Of a stretch of DNA of 32,000 nucleotides, positions 9,350-18,296 are shown one piece after another. The position numbers and the translations under genes were made by a program. A model generated the notes under the pieces. That model was not told where the DNA came from. It did no database searches and saw only the letters and a list, made by a program, of their open reading frames with translations. Origin of the DNA: Crocosphaera subtropica ATCC 51142 (GTDB lineage: Bacteria; Cyanobacteriota; Cyanobacteriia; Cyanobacteriales; Microcystaceae); the NCBI RefSeq assembly GCF_000017845.1, contig NC_010546.1, forward strand, positions 1,500,001 through 1,532,000, in the 5' to 3' direction. Every line of letters starts with the position of its first letter. Position 1 is the first letter of the stretch.

Positions 9350-9425
9350 TAAATATCGTAGATCAACAATAAATAATTTGTTAAACTATCAATAGTAGTT
9401 ATTCTCAATCAACAATTTCAGTATC

Positions 9426-9791
9426 ATGAAATCAGCAATCTTCTTCACGCTTATTTCTCTTGGAATAACCAGCCATTCTCTTGTGAATGCTCAAATTCCT
9501 ATCCGAGAACTACAACGAAATACAGGGATCTCAATTTTTGGTGAAGTCAAAGATGTCGTAGGAAACGAATTTATTTTAGATGATGGAACAGGACACATTA
9601 TTGTGGATGCAGGCCCGCGCTGGTATCATCAGATTAATGTAACTTCGGGTGAAAAAATAACCGTTGTTGGAAAATATGATGATGATGATTTTGATGCTTA
9701 CACCATTAGGAAAAATAATGGTGAAGTGATTCAAATTCGTCAACCCGATGGACCTCCTCCTTGGGCTGGTGGTCGTGGTCAAGGAAGATAG
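9426..9791 (+). CDS. Secreted small OB-fold protein (BOF / YgiW-like)
   Basis: Signal peptide MKSAIFFTLISLGITSHSLVNA. The pattern ISIFGEV..FILDDGTGHIIVD..W..V..GEKITVVGKYDDD resembles the YgiW/BOF family. Confidence 0.6.
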   Translation: MKSAIFFTLISLGITSHSLVNAQIPIRELQRNTGISIFGEVKDVVGNEFILDDGTGHIIVDAGPRWYHQINVTSGEKITVVGKYDDDDFDAYTIRKNNGEVIQIRQPDGPPPWAGGRGQGR

Positions 9792-9857
9792 AAATTATCT
9801 GATATCCTAATCATTTTAGAACTGAACTTCCCCATCAAAAAATCGCTGATAGCTGAT

Positions 9858-9900
9858 GGCTGAACGCTTACAAACCAGCGGATTTAATCGAAGGTGCAAG
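9858..9900 (+). repeat. Dispersed intergenic repeat, copy 1 (inverted relative to 25148-25195)
   Basis: The reverse complement cttgcaccttcgattaaatccgctggtttgtaagcgttcagc aligns with cttgccccttcgattaaattagcgagtttgtaagccttctgctgaac. Confidence 0.7.
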
Positions 9901-9940
9901 ATGTAAGTCTTATACAAAATAAGGAAACAGTTTTAACTTT

Positions 9941-10056
<116 letters not shown>

Positions 10057-10066
10057 ATCAATTTCA

Positions 10067-12580
10067 CTACAGAAGAATATTCCATAACCCAATCGCTAAA
10101 ATCGAAGTAGATATATGTTGAACCATTAAATATTGAAAAGGCAATTTAGCAATTTTTTGAGTCAAAATGATTGATAAAACCACTCCAAAAATTAACAAGG
10201 TTTCTTGTAAAAAAGTAATAACAGCCGGATGAGCCACCATAACAGGAACTCCTTGCACAGAAAAGCCAAAGGTAGCTAAAGTAATGGGCAAGATTTGCCC
10301 AGCTTCTCCTAAACCAAGGGGCAAGTAATAAGCCAAATTCCCCGCTAAAACTAAAGGTAAATAACCGTATGCTAATTCCTTGAAGGGGCGAATTTTAACA
10401 GTGGATTGAAACCCGCCTAAAAAACCCATGATTTGATGAAAAACCAGAGGGAGTAATGCCGGCAAACTTAATACTAGAACAGCTAATCCTGAATGTATCC
10501 AAAATTGATTGAGATCCCAGGAAAACCCCAATTGAGCTTGTACCTGTGGCAAGCGATGTAAAAACACTGCATCTAATAATAAAAGCAGCAAAGCCACTTC
10601 ATAACTTCGGGGGACATGAGTGGTCCATAACTCAATCCCAGGTGGGCGTAAATTAAACTCCACAGAACGATGGGGACAAGCTTTTAAACAGGTCATACAT
10701 AAAACGCAATCTCGATTGTCTTCAAGTTGGGCAGGATGTGAATAGAGAGGACAACCATTGGTTTCTAACCCTTCCCCTTTTTGGGGGCCACCTTTGTAAC
10801 ATTGATAAGTCGTGCATTGTGCAGAACAGGTTCCTTGTTGCCCTCGTAATTCTGTCATGGAGAGTTTAGCAAACATTCCATTCATGCCACCAATGGGACA
10901 TAAATAACGACACCAAAAGCGACGTTCAAAAATCGTTGAGCAAATCATTGCTCCAGCCGTGATTAATAACAATAAACAAGAAGATAAATAAGCCGTGTTT
11001 TTTAAATCCCAGAGTTCTTCCCACAACAAAATTACGGCAAATAAACCCCATAAAAACCATCCACCCCAAGTTTCAGCTTCGTGACGGGGCCATTTTTTAA
11101 GTTTTCTCGGAAATAACCATAATGACACTTTTTGAGTGAGTTCTCCATAAATCATAAACGGACAAACAGCACACCACAATCTACCCACAAAGAGAAAACC
11201 TATCAACACCAGTGGCCACCACCAAGCCCAAAATAGATTTAAGGCAAAATTTTCTGCTCTTGTTTGGGGGCCAATCCACAGAATAATATTGATTAGAGCA
11301 AAGGCGATTACAGTAAAACCATAATTAAGTCTGTCAGGATACCATGGACTGCGAAAAAACTGACGTAAGCGAGGATATCCTTTGAGAAGATTAAAGCGAA
11401 ATTGCTGTTTTTTGCTTTGTGATGGCCAAATAATTTCTTCGGTGATTTCCTGATAGCCTTCTAACTGTACCAGCGCCCGTTCGATCAGATTTTCCAGTTC
11501 TCTCAAATTGTTGGGGAAGTCGTAAGCTTGGAGTTTTCGGATAGCTTCGGGAGTAATGCTAACTTTGGCTGTTCCCCTTCTGCGACACATCAAACTGATG
11601 TAGTAAGTCACTAAATCTTCAATGTCTTTTTTGCGAACTCGCAAAGGGGGAACTTTAATAATATTCTCTATCAACCCATCAATATTAGAGAGCTTTTTTT
11701 CAGAGATAACAATAATTCGACATTGACTGGTTTTGGCACTCGAAGGAGTGTTTTCTGAACGGCTTACGGGGTAATAAGTACCATCTTTTAATAATTGAGC
11801 AATGGGTTTGAATAACTCAGGGGAAAGTTCTTGAAGATTATTGAGTATCAGCGTTCCTTTGCCTAATGCTTCAAGTAAGCTCAATTTGCCCCCAACTCGC
11901 CCAAATAATTCAGCCCCACTGGCTTGTAATTGAGAACAGTTAATTTGAATAATTGGCTCTCGACGAAAAGGGGAACTAAAATGAAGTAAGGTGGCGAGAT
12001 TGTCTTTTTGTAGGCCAGGTTCGCCAAAAATCAATACAGGTTGACGATTATCTGAGAAGTTTTTGATCTGCGATCGCAATTTAATAGCGTAACGACTCTT
12101 ACCAATGACTCCCCGTTTCACTTTCGTGACTAAATAAGGACGTAAAATGGTTTGTCGTTCCTGTTGAAAACTTAATTCAGAAGATAATTCTTTAAGTTCT
12201 AAGGCTAATTGTTGCGAAAAGGCTTGAGTTATTTCTGGATATTGTTGGAGTAATGACTTAAAGTCTTCGGCATCTATGCACCATAATTCGCATCGGTTTA
12301 ACGTCACTAATGTTCTGGAAACGGGTTGCTCTAATATTAACGCCCTGAGATTAATTAAGGTTCCTGTCAGTAAACTAGCTTCTGGGGTTCCTTGACTTTG
12401 AATTTGTCCAGATTTGAGAATATAAAGTCTTTCAGGGGCAGTTCCACCTTTAACTAACGTTTGTTCCCCTTCCACCGTAATTAACTTCATGTGAAGGGCG
12501 ATGGCTTCAAGCACCTCAGAAGTTAATACAGTTAGGGGAGTATGTTCTCTTAGCCAAGTGATTAAATCAGAAGTAGCCAT
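10067..12580 (-). CDS. Multidomain protein: cNMP-binding-like domain, degenerate sigma54-interaction AAA+ domain, polytopic membrane 4Fe-4S (NapH/MauN-like) domain
   Basis: The N-terminus has LYILKSGQI..LRALIL..SRTLV. The AAA+ blocks are VLIFGEPGLQKD, AELFG, GTLILNNLQEL, PPLRVRKKDIEDL and FPNNLRELENLIE. The C-terminus has multiple TM helices with CAVCPF, CRYLCPIGG and CVLCMTCLKACPH. Confidence 0.8.
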   Translation of the reverse strand: MATSDLITWLREHTPLTVLTSEVLEAIALHMKLITVEGEQTLVKGGTAPERLYILKSGQIQSQGTPEASLLTGTLINLRALILEQPVSRTLVTLNRCELWCIDAEDFKSLLQQYPEITQAFSQQLALELKELSSELSFQQERQTILRPYLVTKVKRGVIGKSRYAIKLRSQIKNFSDNRQPVLIFGEPGLQKDNLATLLHFSSPFRREPIIQINCSQLQASGAELFGRVGGKLSLLEALGKGTLILNNLQELSPELFKPIAQLLKDGTYYPVSRSENTPSSAKTSQCRIIVISEKKLSNIDGLIENIIKVPPLRVRKKDIEDLVTYYISLMCRRRGTAKVSITPEAIRKLQAYDFPNNLRELENLIERALVQLEGYQEITEEIIWPSQSKKQQFRFNLLKGYPRLRQFFRSPWYPDRLNYGFTVIAFALINIILWIGPQTRAENFALNLFWAWWWPLVLIGFLFVGRLWCAVCPFMIYGELTQKVSLWLFPRKLKKWPRHEAETWGGWFLWGLFAVILLWEELWDLKNTAYLSSCLLLLITAGAMICSTIFERRFWCRYLCPIGGMNGMFAKLSMTELRGQQGTCSAQCTTYQCYKGGPQKGEGLETNGCPLYSHPAQLEDNRDCVLCMTCLKACPHRSVEFNLRPPGIELWTTHVPRSYEVALLLLLLDAVFLHRLPQVQAQLGFSWDLNQFWIHSGLAVLVLSLPALLPLVFHQIMGFLGGFQSTVKIRPFKELAYGYLPLVLAGNLAYYLPLGLGEAGQILPITLATFGFSVQGVPVMVAHPAVITFLQETLLIFGVVLSIILTQKIAKLPFQYLMVQHISTSILAIGLWNILL

Positions 12581-12653
12581 TGCTAAGTTGTCTCAATTTT
12601 CTTTTTATTTTAGAGCTTTTATTAGCCTTCGGGTGGGAGGCAGGAAGCAGGTG

Positions 12654-12686
12654 TTAGGTGTACTTCATGAGTCCGAAAAACACTAT
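12654..12686. repeat. Solitary arm of the 9941-type repeat, in inverted orientation
   Basis: The reverse complement of ttaggtgtacttcatgagtccgaaaaacactat matches 9941-9973 at 29/33. It is preceded by degenerate heptamers (ggaggca ggaagca ggtgtt). Confidence 0.75.
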
Positions 12687-12698
12687 ATCTCCATCATT

Positions 12699-13607
12699 TT
12701 AGACTGAGTTTCCTAAAAATTGTTTAATCTTTTCTGTCACTAATTCTGAGAATTCTTCGTATATTCCTAGGGTTCCAGGTAGAGAAACAGTTTTAACTTG
12801 ATCAATTTCCCTAATTGCTTCCATTTCTTGTTTAGAATAGGGGGGAGATTGTTCAGCAATAATGGTTAAAATTGGTTGAGATAAAGATTTAATTAAACTT
12901 AAAACATCTTCCCTAGTTTCTATGGGATCTAAGTTTCCTGTGACAAAAGCAACAGGCGCAAATCTTGCCCCTTTTTGTTGGGTAATATTGCGTTTATTGG
13001 TAATAAATTCATCGGTTAATTTTGTGCTATCAACATAAACATGACGACGATACATTAACTTAAGAAAACTAGGGGTTGTATTCAGATAATAAAGAAACTG
13101 ACCAATAATAGGCGTTCTGACTAGATTTTTCAATAAATTTCTGATACTTTTGGGAACACCCATTACCCTTAAAGGACCTCGCCAAGTTGGGGCAATTAAA
13201 ATCAGTTTACTAACAGTTTCAGGGGCAATTTTAGCTAAGTCTAAAGCATAACCAACACTATGTCCGGCAGCAATAATGATCACAGGTTTTTGAAACGTAG
13301 CGTTAACAAAATCTTTGAGTAATTGATGATAAAGTTGAGGATTATAATCTACCGCAGGCCGTTGAGAGTCCCCAAATCCTAACCAGTCTAACAAATAAAC
13401 TTGATAGTGTTGGGCTAATAATTGAGCAATTCCTGTCATTTCTGTCCGACTCGAAACGGTACTAAAAGCAGGTAAGAGTAAAACGGGATTTCCTTGACCT
13501 AATGTTTCGTAAGTCACTTGAAATTGCTCATTTTCCCAAGGCCAATTATATTGCTCGATAGTTCCTTGAGTATTGATTTTTGAGGCTTGAATCGTATTCA
13601 TAAACAT
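12699..13607 (-). CDS. Alpha/beta-fold hydrolase
   Basis: 302 aa. It has the nucleophile elbow AAGHSVGY (GHSxG) and the typical LLLPAF..DWLGFGDS N-terminal blocks. Confidence 0.75.
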   Translation of the reverse strand: MFMNTIQASKINTQGTIEQYNWPWENEQFQVTYETLGQGNPVLLLPAFSTVSSRTEMTGIAQLLAQHYQVYLLDWLGFGDSQRPAVDYNPQLYHQLLKDFVNATFQKPVIIIAAGHSVGYALDLAKIAPETVSKLILIAPTWRGPLRVMGVPKSIRNLLKNLVRTPIIGQFLYYLNTTPSFLKLMYRRHVYVDSTKLTDEFITNKRNITQQKGARFAPVAFVTGNLDPIETREDVLSLIKSLSQPILTIIAEQSPPYSKQEMEAIREIDQVKTVSLPGTLGIYEEFSELVTEKIKQFLGNSV

Positions 13608-13719
13608 TAATTATTGTCAATTATTTGTAACAAATATTAAAGAAAATTATCGATTATTGTTTATCTGATGAGCTAATGACCAATAATCACAATTATAACA
13701 AAATTGAGTTATGAATAAA

Positions 13720-13744
13720 CTTAGGTGAGCAATGCCCACCTAAG
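13720..13744 (-). terminator. Probable intrinsic terminator after COG0523-D
   Basis: CTTAGGTG / CACCTAAG form an 8-bp stem, plus an inner GC pair. On the minus strand it is followed by TTTATT. It lies 9 nt after the stop codon. Confidence 0.5.
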
Positions 13745-13752
13745 CACTTTAT

Positions 13753-14778
13753 TTATGCCAAACACTGATTAAGTTGTTGTTTGAGCATTTCCCCATCTAA
13801 ATTACGTCCAATTAACACTAATTGATTTCGGGGAGTGGTTTTCCAGTCATCAGCATTCATCGTATAACGTTTCCCACTCAGTTGAAAAATATGGCGTAAT
13901 TGACTTTCTTGAAACCATAATATTCCTTTTGCTCGAAAAACATTAGTAGTCAAATCATCCACAAAAAAGTTTTGAAATTTCTCTACAATAAAAGGGCGAT
14001 CGCTTTCAAAAGCAATAGAAACAAATCCATCTATGGTTAAATGATCAGAATGGTGATGGTGATGATCGTGATCATGTTCATGATCATGGTGGTGATGATG
14101 TTCAGTTGTGTCTTCTATCCTAAAATTCTCAGCATTATTAACATCAATATCGAGAATTAAAGGAAGAGGAACTTCTGTATATTGACTATGAATAATTCTC
14201 GCCCCTGACTTAATTTGATTAATATCTGTTTCTAATTGTTTAACTTTTTCATCTGAGATTAAATCGGTTTTATTGAGCAGAATAATATCACCATAAGTAA
14301 TCTGACGTAATGCAGCTTCACTTTGAGAATGTTCAGAGGTAAAGGTTTCTGCATCAACAACAGTTAAAATAGAATCGAGTCGGGTCATGTCCCGTAATTC
14401 AGTATTCAGAAAGGTTAAAGCAATAGGCAACGGATCAGCCACTCCTGTGGTTTCTAAAATTAAATAATCAATGTTATCCCCTTGCTCAAGAACTTGATAA
14501 ACGGCCTCAACTAAATCATCATTAATCGTGCAACAAATACAACCATTACTTAATGCCACCATATTTTCATCAATGGAGACTAATAACTGACTATCAATAT
14601 CAATATCACCAAACTCATTGACTAATACGGCAACTTTTAACTGTTGATTATTGGTCAAAATATGGTTAACTAAAGTGGTTTTTCCACTGCCTAAAAAACC
14701 TGTAATAATGGTTACAGGCATTCCCTGTTTAGGAAGATTTAAAGGAGATTTGTTAGGAACGGATAATGTTTGAGTCAT
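13753..14778 (-). CDS. COG0523/CobW-family G3E GTPase with His-rich insert (paralog D)
   Basis: Motifs GFLGSGKTTLVN, GCICCT, ETTGVADP and the CobW_C tail. The insert EHHHHHDHEHDHDHHHHHSDH carries 14 His in 21 residues. Confidence 0.92.
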   Translation of the reverse strand: MTQTLSVPNKSPLNLPKQGMPVTIITGFLGSGKTTLVNHILTNNQQLKVAVLVNEFGDIDIDSQLLVSIDENMVALSNGCICCTINDDLVEAVYQVLEQGDNIDYLILETTGVADPLPIALTFLNTELRDMTRLDSILTVVDAETFTSEHSQSEAALRQITYGDIILLNKTDLISDEKVKQLETDINQIKSGARIIHSQYTEVPLPLILDIDVNNAENFRIEDTTEHHHHHDHEHDHDHHHHHSDHLTIDGFVSIAFESDRPFIVEKFQNFFVDDLTTNVFRAKGILWFQESQLRHIFQLSGKRYTMNADDWKTTPRNQLVLIGRNLDGEMLKQQLNQCLA

Positions 14779-14846
14779 AATTGTATTAAGGGTGAGGAAA
14801 AGAAATCAGAGGCGATGAAGTTAACGCCCCTGTTAGCAGTCATGAT

Positions 14847-15485
14847 TTAACCTTGAAATGTGGGAGAATGACGAATTAAACTCATAAATTCTTGCCGAGT
14901 TTTGGCATCCTCTGCAAATACACCTCGCACTGCACTGGTAGTGGTCCAAGAACCCGGTTTTTGAACGCCACGCATAACCATGCACATATGGGTCGCTTCT
15001 ACCACAACGGCCACCCCTTTGGGTTGTAATAATCCTTGTAAGGCATCTGCAATCTGTGCGGTGAGGCGTTCTTGTACCTGTAACCGTCGTCCGTACATTT
15101 CACAAATACGGGCAATTTTTGAGAGGCCAATGACTTTCCCATCCGGAATATAAGCAACATGAGCGCGACCCAAAATGGGTAAAATATGATGCTCACAGGA
15201 ACTAAAGAGATCAATATCCCTCACTAGAACCATTTCATCGGTATTTTCGTGAAATACTGCCCCATTGAGCAGTTCATCAAGGGATTGATGATAGCCAGAG
15301 GTCAAAAATTTTAGGGCTTTGACCACCCGTTTTGGCGTGTCTCTGAGTCCTTCTCGGTCAGGATCTTCTCCCAGTCCTAAAAGTAGGGTTCGGACGGCCT
15401 GACGCATTTCTTCCTCGGTGACAGGAGGATGGGATGAACTGACAAGTCTCGGCAAAGCAGAATTATATTCCTTGGATAAAGTCAT
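14847..15485 (-). CDS. folE: GTP cyclohydrolase I, type IA (Zn-ligand triad retained)
   Basis: 212 aa. It has SSCEHHILP and [10 protein letters not shown] (the Cys/His/Cys zinc triad positions of FolE) and QVQERLT. Confidence 0.93.
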   Translation of the reverse strand: MTLSKEYNSALPRLVSSSHPPVTEEEMRQAVRTLLLGLGEDPDREGLRDTPKRVVKALKFLTSGYHQSLDELLNGAVFHENTDEMVLVRDIDLFSSCEHHILPILGRAHVAYIPDGKVIGLSKIARICEMYGRRLQVQERLTAQIADALQGLLQPKGVAVVVEATHMCMVMRGVQKPGSWTTTSAVRGVFAEDAKTRQEFMSLIRHSPTFQG

Positions 15486-15512
15486 TGATTAAGTGGGGAG
15501 ATAGAGATAAAA

Positions 15513-15527
15513 TGATAATCGTTCTCA
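15513..15527. promoter_or_regulatory. Zur-type box upstream of folE
   Basis: TGATAATCGTTCTCA matches at 13/15. It lies 28 nt upstream of the folE ATG. Confidence 0.5.
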
Positions 15528-15555
15528 ATTTTAGCACAAAGTGACATTCTCGTAG

Positions 15556-15580
15556 GTTGGGTTGAGGAACGAAACCCAAC
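15556..15580. repeat. GTTGGGTT-N9-AACCCAAC stem-loop
   Basis: 8-bp perfect stem with a 9-nt loop, 12 nt downstream of the atpA stop codon. No U-tract follows. From memory, it resembles a hairpin repeat common in cyanobacterial intergenic DNA. Confidence 0.5.
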
Positions 15581-15592
15581 AATATGATGAAC

Positions 15593-17101
15593 TTACATTT
15601 CTAGGGTTGATAATTGATGCAATAATGCCTCTTTATCTGCTTCACTTAAAGAGTCTCCTGATTGAATCTTGTCACAAATGTCGGGAAGTTTTTCTGTTAC
15701 CATCTGACAAATTTTTGTTTCTGCTTCTCTAATATTTTCTAGGGGGACATCATCTAAAATTCCTTCGTTGATAGCAAATAAAACAGCAATTTGTTCAGCA
15801 ACAGAAAGAGGATGAGATTGAGGTTGTTTGAGGATTTCTCGCACTCGTCTACCTCGTTCTAAGGTTTGTCGGGTATCTTCATCTAATTGGGTTCCAAAAC
15901 GGGCAAAAACTTCGACTTCTTGGAATTGAGAATAGGATAAGCGTAAATCTCCGGCTACTTCTCCATAAGCCCGTAATTGGGTTTTTCCGCCCACCCGTGA
16001 CACTGATTTTCCCACAGAAACCGCAGGTAAAATTCCTTTTTGATAGAGATCCGGAGACAGATAAATTTGACCGTCTGTGATAGAAATTAAATTAGTGGGA
16101 ATATAAGCAGAAATACTTTGAGCCTGGGTTTCAATAATGGGTAAGGCAGTTAAAGAACCGCCGCCCCATTCTTCTCGAAGATGGGTAGAACGTTCGAGTA
16201 ATCGAGAGTGAATGTAAAAAATATCGCCGGGATAGGCTTCTCTTCCGGGAGGACGGCGTAATAAGAGAGAAAGCTCTCGATAAGCCCAAGCATGACGGGT
16301 TAAATCATCATAGACAATTAAAACATCCCGTCCCTTTTCCATAAAATACTCCCCGATAGAAGTAGCTGCATAAGGGGTAATATATTGCAAACCGGGGGGA
16401 TCTTCTCCATCGGCTACGACCACGATAGAATAGTCTAGGGCTTCTGCTTGCCGTAATTGTTCGATAACCTTGGCAACCGCCGAAGTACGTTGACCAATGG
16501 CGCAATAAATACAAATAACATCCTTATCCTTTTGATTTAATATGGTATCCACTGCGATCGCCGTTTTTCCAATTTGGCGATCGCCGATAATCAGTTCTCG
16601 CTGTCCCCGGCCGACGGGTATTAACGCATCAACCACTTTTAACCCGGTTTGTAAGGGAACCGTAACCGGCGCACGATGGATAAAAGGGGGTGCTTTGCGT
16701 TCGATGGGAAATTGAGTTTCAGTAGAGATGGTTCCTTGATTATCTAAAGGACGACCTAAACCGTCAACAATACGTCCTAATAAGGCTTCTCCCACGGGAA
16801 TTTGTACAATTTTACCGGTTCGTTTAACTTCTTGACCGGCTTCTAAATGTTCGCTATTTCCTAATAGAATAACCCCTAATTCATCTACGTCTAAGTTAAA
16901 GGCAATCCCTAAAATATCCCCTGGAAAACGCACTAATTCATCGGCTTTAACGTTGGGTAAACCGATAACTTTAGCGACTCCTTGATCAATGGACTTCAGA
17001 ATCCCAATTTCTCGCGGTTGAATTTTGGCTTGATAGTTATTTAATGTTTCGTCAAGCTGAGTAAGGGTATTTTCAAGAACGGTTTGTAAGGTTTTTTCCA
17101 T
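15593..17101 (-). CDS. atpA: N-type ATPase alpha subunit
   Basis: 502 aa. It has the Walker A GDRQIGKT, and F1-alpha blocks are present throughout. The N-type assignment comes from the operon context. Confidence 0.92.
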   Translation of the reverse strand: MEKTLQTVLENTLTQLDETLNNYQAKIQPREIGILKSIDQGVAKVIGLPNVKADELVRFPGDILGIAFNLDVDELGVILLGNSEHLEAGQEVKRTGKIVQIPVGEALLGRIVDGLGRPLDNQGTISTETQFPIERKAPPFIHRAPVTVPLQTGLKVVDALIPVGRGQRELIIGDRQIGKTAIAVDTILNQKDKDVICIYCAIGQRTSAVAKVIEQLRQAEALDYSIVVVADGEDPPGLQYITPYAATSIGEYFMEKGRDVLIVYDDLTRHAWAYRELSLLLRRPPGREAYPGDIFYIHSRLLERSTHLREEWGGGSLTALPIIETQAQSISAYIPTNLISITDGQIYLSPDLYQKGILPAVSVGKSVSRVGGKTQLRAYGEVAGDLRLSYSQFQEVEVFARFGTQLDEDTRQTLERGRRVREILKQPQSHPLSVAEQIAVLFAINEGILDDVPLENIREAETKICQMVTEKLPDICDKIQSGDSLSEADKEALLHQLSTLEM

Positions 17102-17115
17102 TGTTTATTTTACAT

Positions 17116-17319
17116 TCATTGATTAGTTTCTTCAATTGCTTTGATCACTTGTTTAGTAATTTTAGGATGACGAATTTTTCCAGAGTGGAAAGGAACAACA
17201 ACTCGAATCTCATTTTTAAGATAAATTCGATGACTTCCCTGAGTTCTCAATAAAATAAAATCAGCATCAAACAGCAGTTTTTCTGCTTCTTTAGCGGTTA
17301 ATCTTGGCAGTTTAGGCAA
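17116..17319 (-). CDS. hicA: HicA-family mRNA interferase toxin
   Basis: 67 aa. LTAKEAEKLL..RTQGSHRIY..VVVPFHSGK.I fits the YcfA/HicA pattern, including the GSH catalytic His. Confidence 0.85.
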   Translation of the reverse strand: MPKLPRLTAKEAEKLLFDADFILLRTQGSHRIYLKNEIRVVVPFHSGKIRHPKITKQVIKAIEETNQ

Positions 17320-17536
17320 CGTTAACCTCTATACTCATGGTTAAAATTTCTTGATTAAGTAAAGTTTCCTTTTCTTCCTCAGATAAGGTTGATAAATAGA
17401 GTTCAATGGCTTCTTGAATATTTCTTTTGACTTCTTCGACGGTATCTCCTTGACTCTGACATCCTTCTAATTGAGGACAATAAGCATAATATCCATCTTC
17501 ATCTTTTTCAATAATAATACTAATTTGATATGACAT
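17312..17536 (-). CDS. hicB: HicB-family antitoxin (short, N-terminal HicB fold only)
   Basis: 74 aa. IIIEKDEDGYYAYCPQLEGCQSQGDTVEEVKRNIQEAIELYL is a typical HicB/UPF0150 pattern. It overlaps hicA by 8 nt. Confidence 0.85.
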   Translation of the reverse strand: MSYQISIIIEKDEDGYYAYCPQLEGCQSQGDTVEEVKRNIQEAIELYLSTLSEEEKETLLNQEILTMSIEVNVA

Positions 17537-17558
17537 AATGAGTGATTCCTATTTAATA

Positions 17559-18293
17559 TTATATTTCTAAAGCTTCTACATAGTCCTTTAAATTCCAAGC
17601 AATTTTATAATCGCTGGCTTGTAATTCAATGCCACAAATTAAGTCTGAATTGGTCATAAATTGTACATTATCACCTTGATAAATGTGAGTTTGCTGGAGT
17701 GAACTTAGAAGGCGATTGCGACTTTCAGGGGAAATTTCAAAATGACTACGAATGATTAAACCATTATCTGTTGTGTTAAGAGAGTTGGCTAAATTTTCTC
17801 GCTCTTTTTCTGATAAATTTTCGAGACGATGAATAAATTGATTAATGATTTGTTGTTCTAAAGAAGCATTAGCTAAATCTCCTAAAACATGACCAGTAAT
17901 CTTATAAATTTGCTGCATGATCTTTTCTTGAAACCTATCAAAAAATTGAGCTTTTTCTCGCTCTAGTGATTCGTCCCAAGTCTTGCGTTTTTGTTCAACA
18001 TCTTGACGTGCTTCTTCCACCAAATTATCATATTTTTCATCTGCTTTAGTTTGGGCTTGAATCATTATTTCTTGTTTTTTTTCTTCTAATTCTTGTTGTT
18101 TTTTCTGATAAGAATTAGCCTCATTTTTAGCAGATTTTTTTTCTTTTTCTGCATCTTGCCAACGATTTTCAATTTCCTGTTGACGAGCTTTAATTGTTTT
18201 TACAATCGGTTTATATAAAAAACGATTCAGTAAAAAAACTAAAATGAGGAAATTAATGATTTGAGCAACAATGGTAAACCAATCAATTAGCAC
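17559..18293 (-). CDS. atpF: N-type ATPase b subunit (long form)
   Basis: 244 aa with one N-terminal TM helix followed by a long charged coiled coil. Its position after the c subunit supports the call. Confidence 0.8.
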   Translation of the reverse strand: MLIDWFTIVAQIINFLILVFLLNRFLYKPIVKTIKARQQEIENRWQDAEKEKKSAKNEANSYQKKQQELEEKKQEIMIQAQTKADEKYDNLVEEARQDVEQKRKTWDESLEREKAQFFDRFQEKIMQQIYKITGHVLGDLANASLEQQIINQFIHRLENLSEKERENLANSLNTTDNGLIIRSHFEISPESRNRLLSSLQQTHIYQGDNVQFMTNSDLICGIELQASDYKIAWNLKDYVEALEI

Positions 18294-18296
18294 GAG

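Noticed and set aside
9924-9939. Exact 16-mer gaaacagttttaactt shared between the intergenic repeat region and the alpha/beta hydrolase coding sequence (12784-12799)
   Set aside because: It is real in the sequence, but it is isolated, in direct orientation, and unaccompanied by flanking similarity. I cannot assign meaning to it without a genome-wide count.
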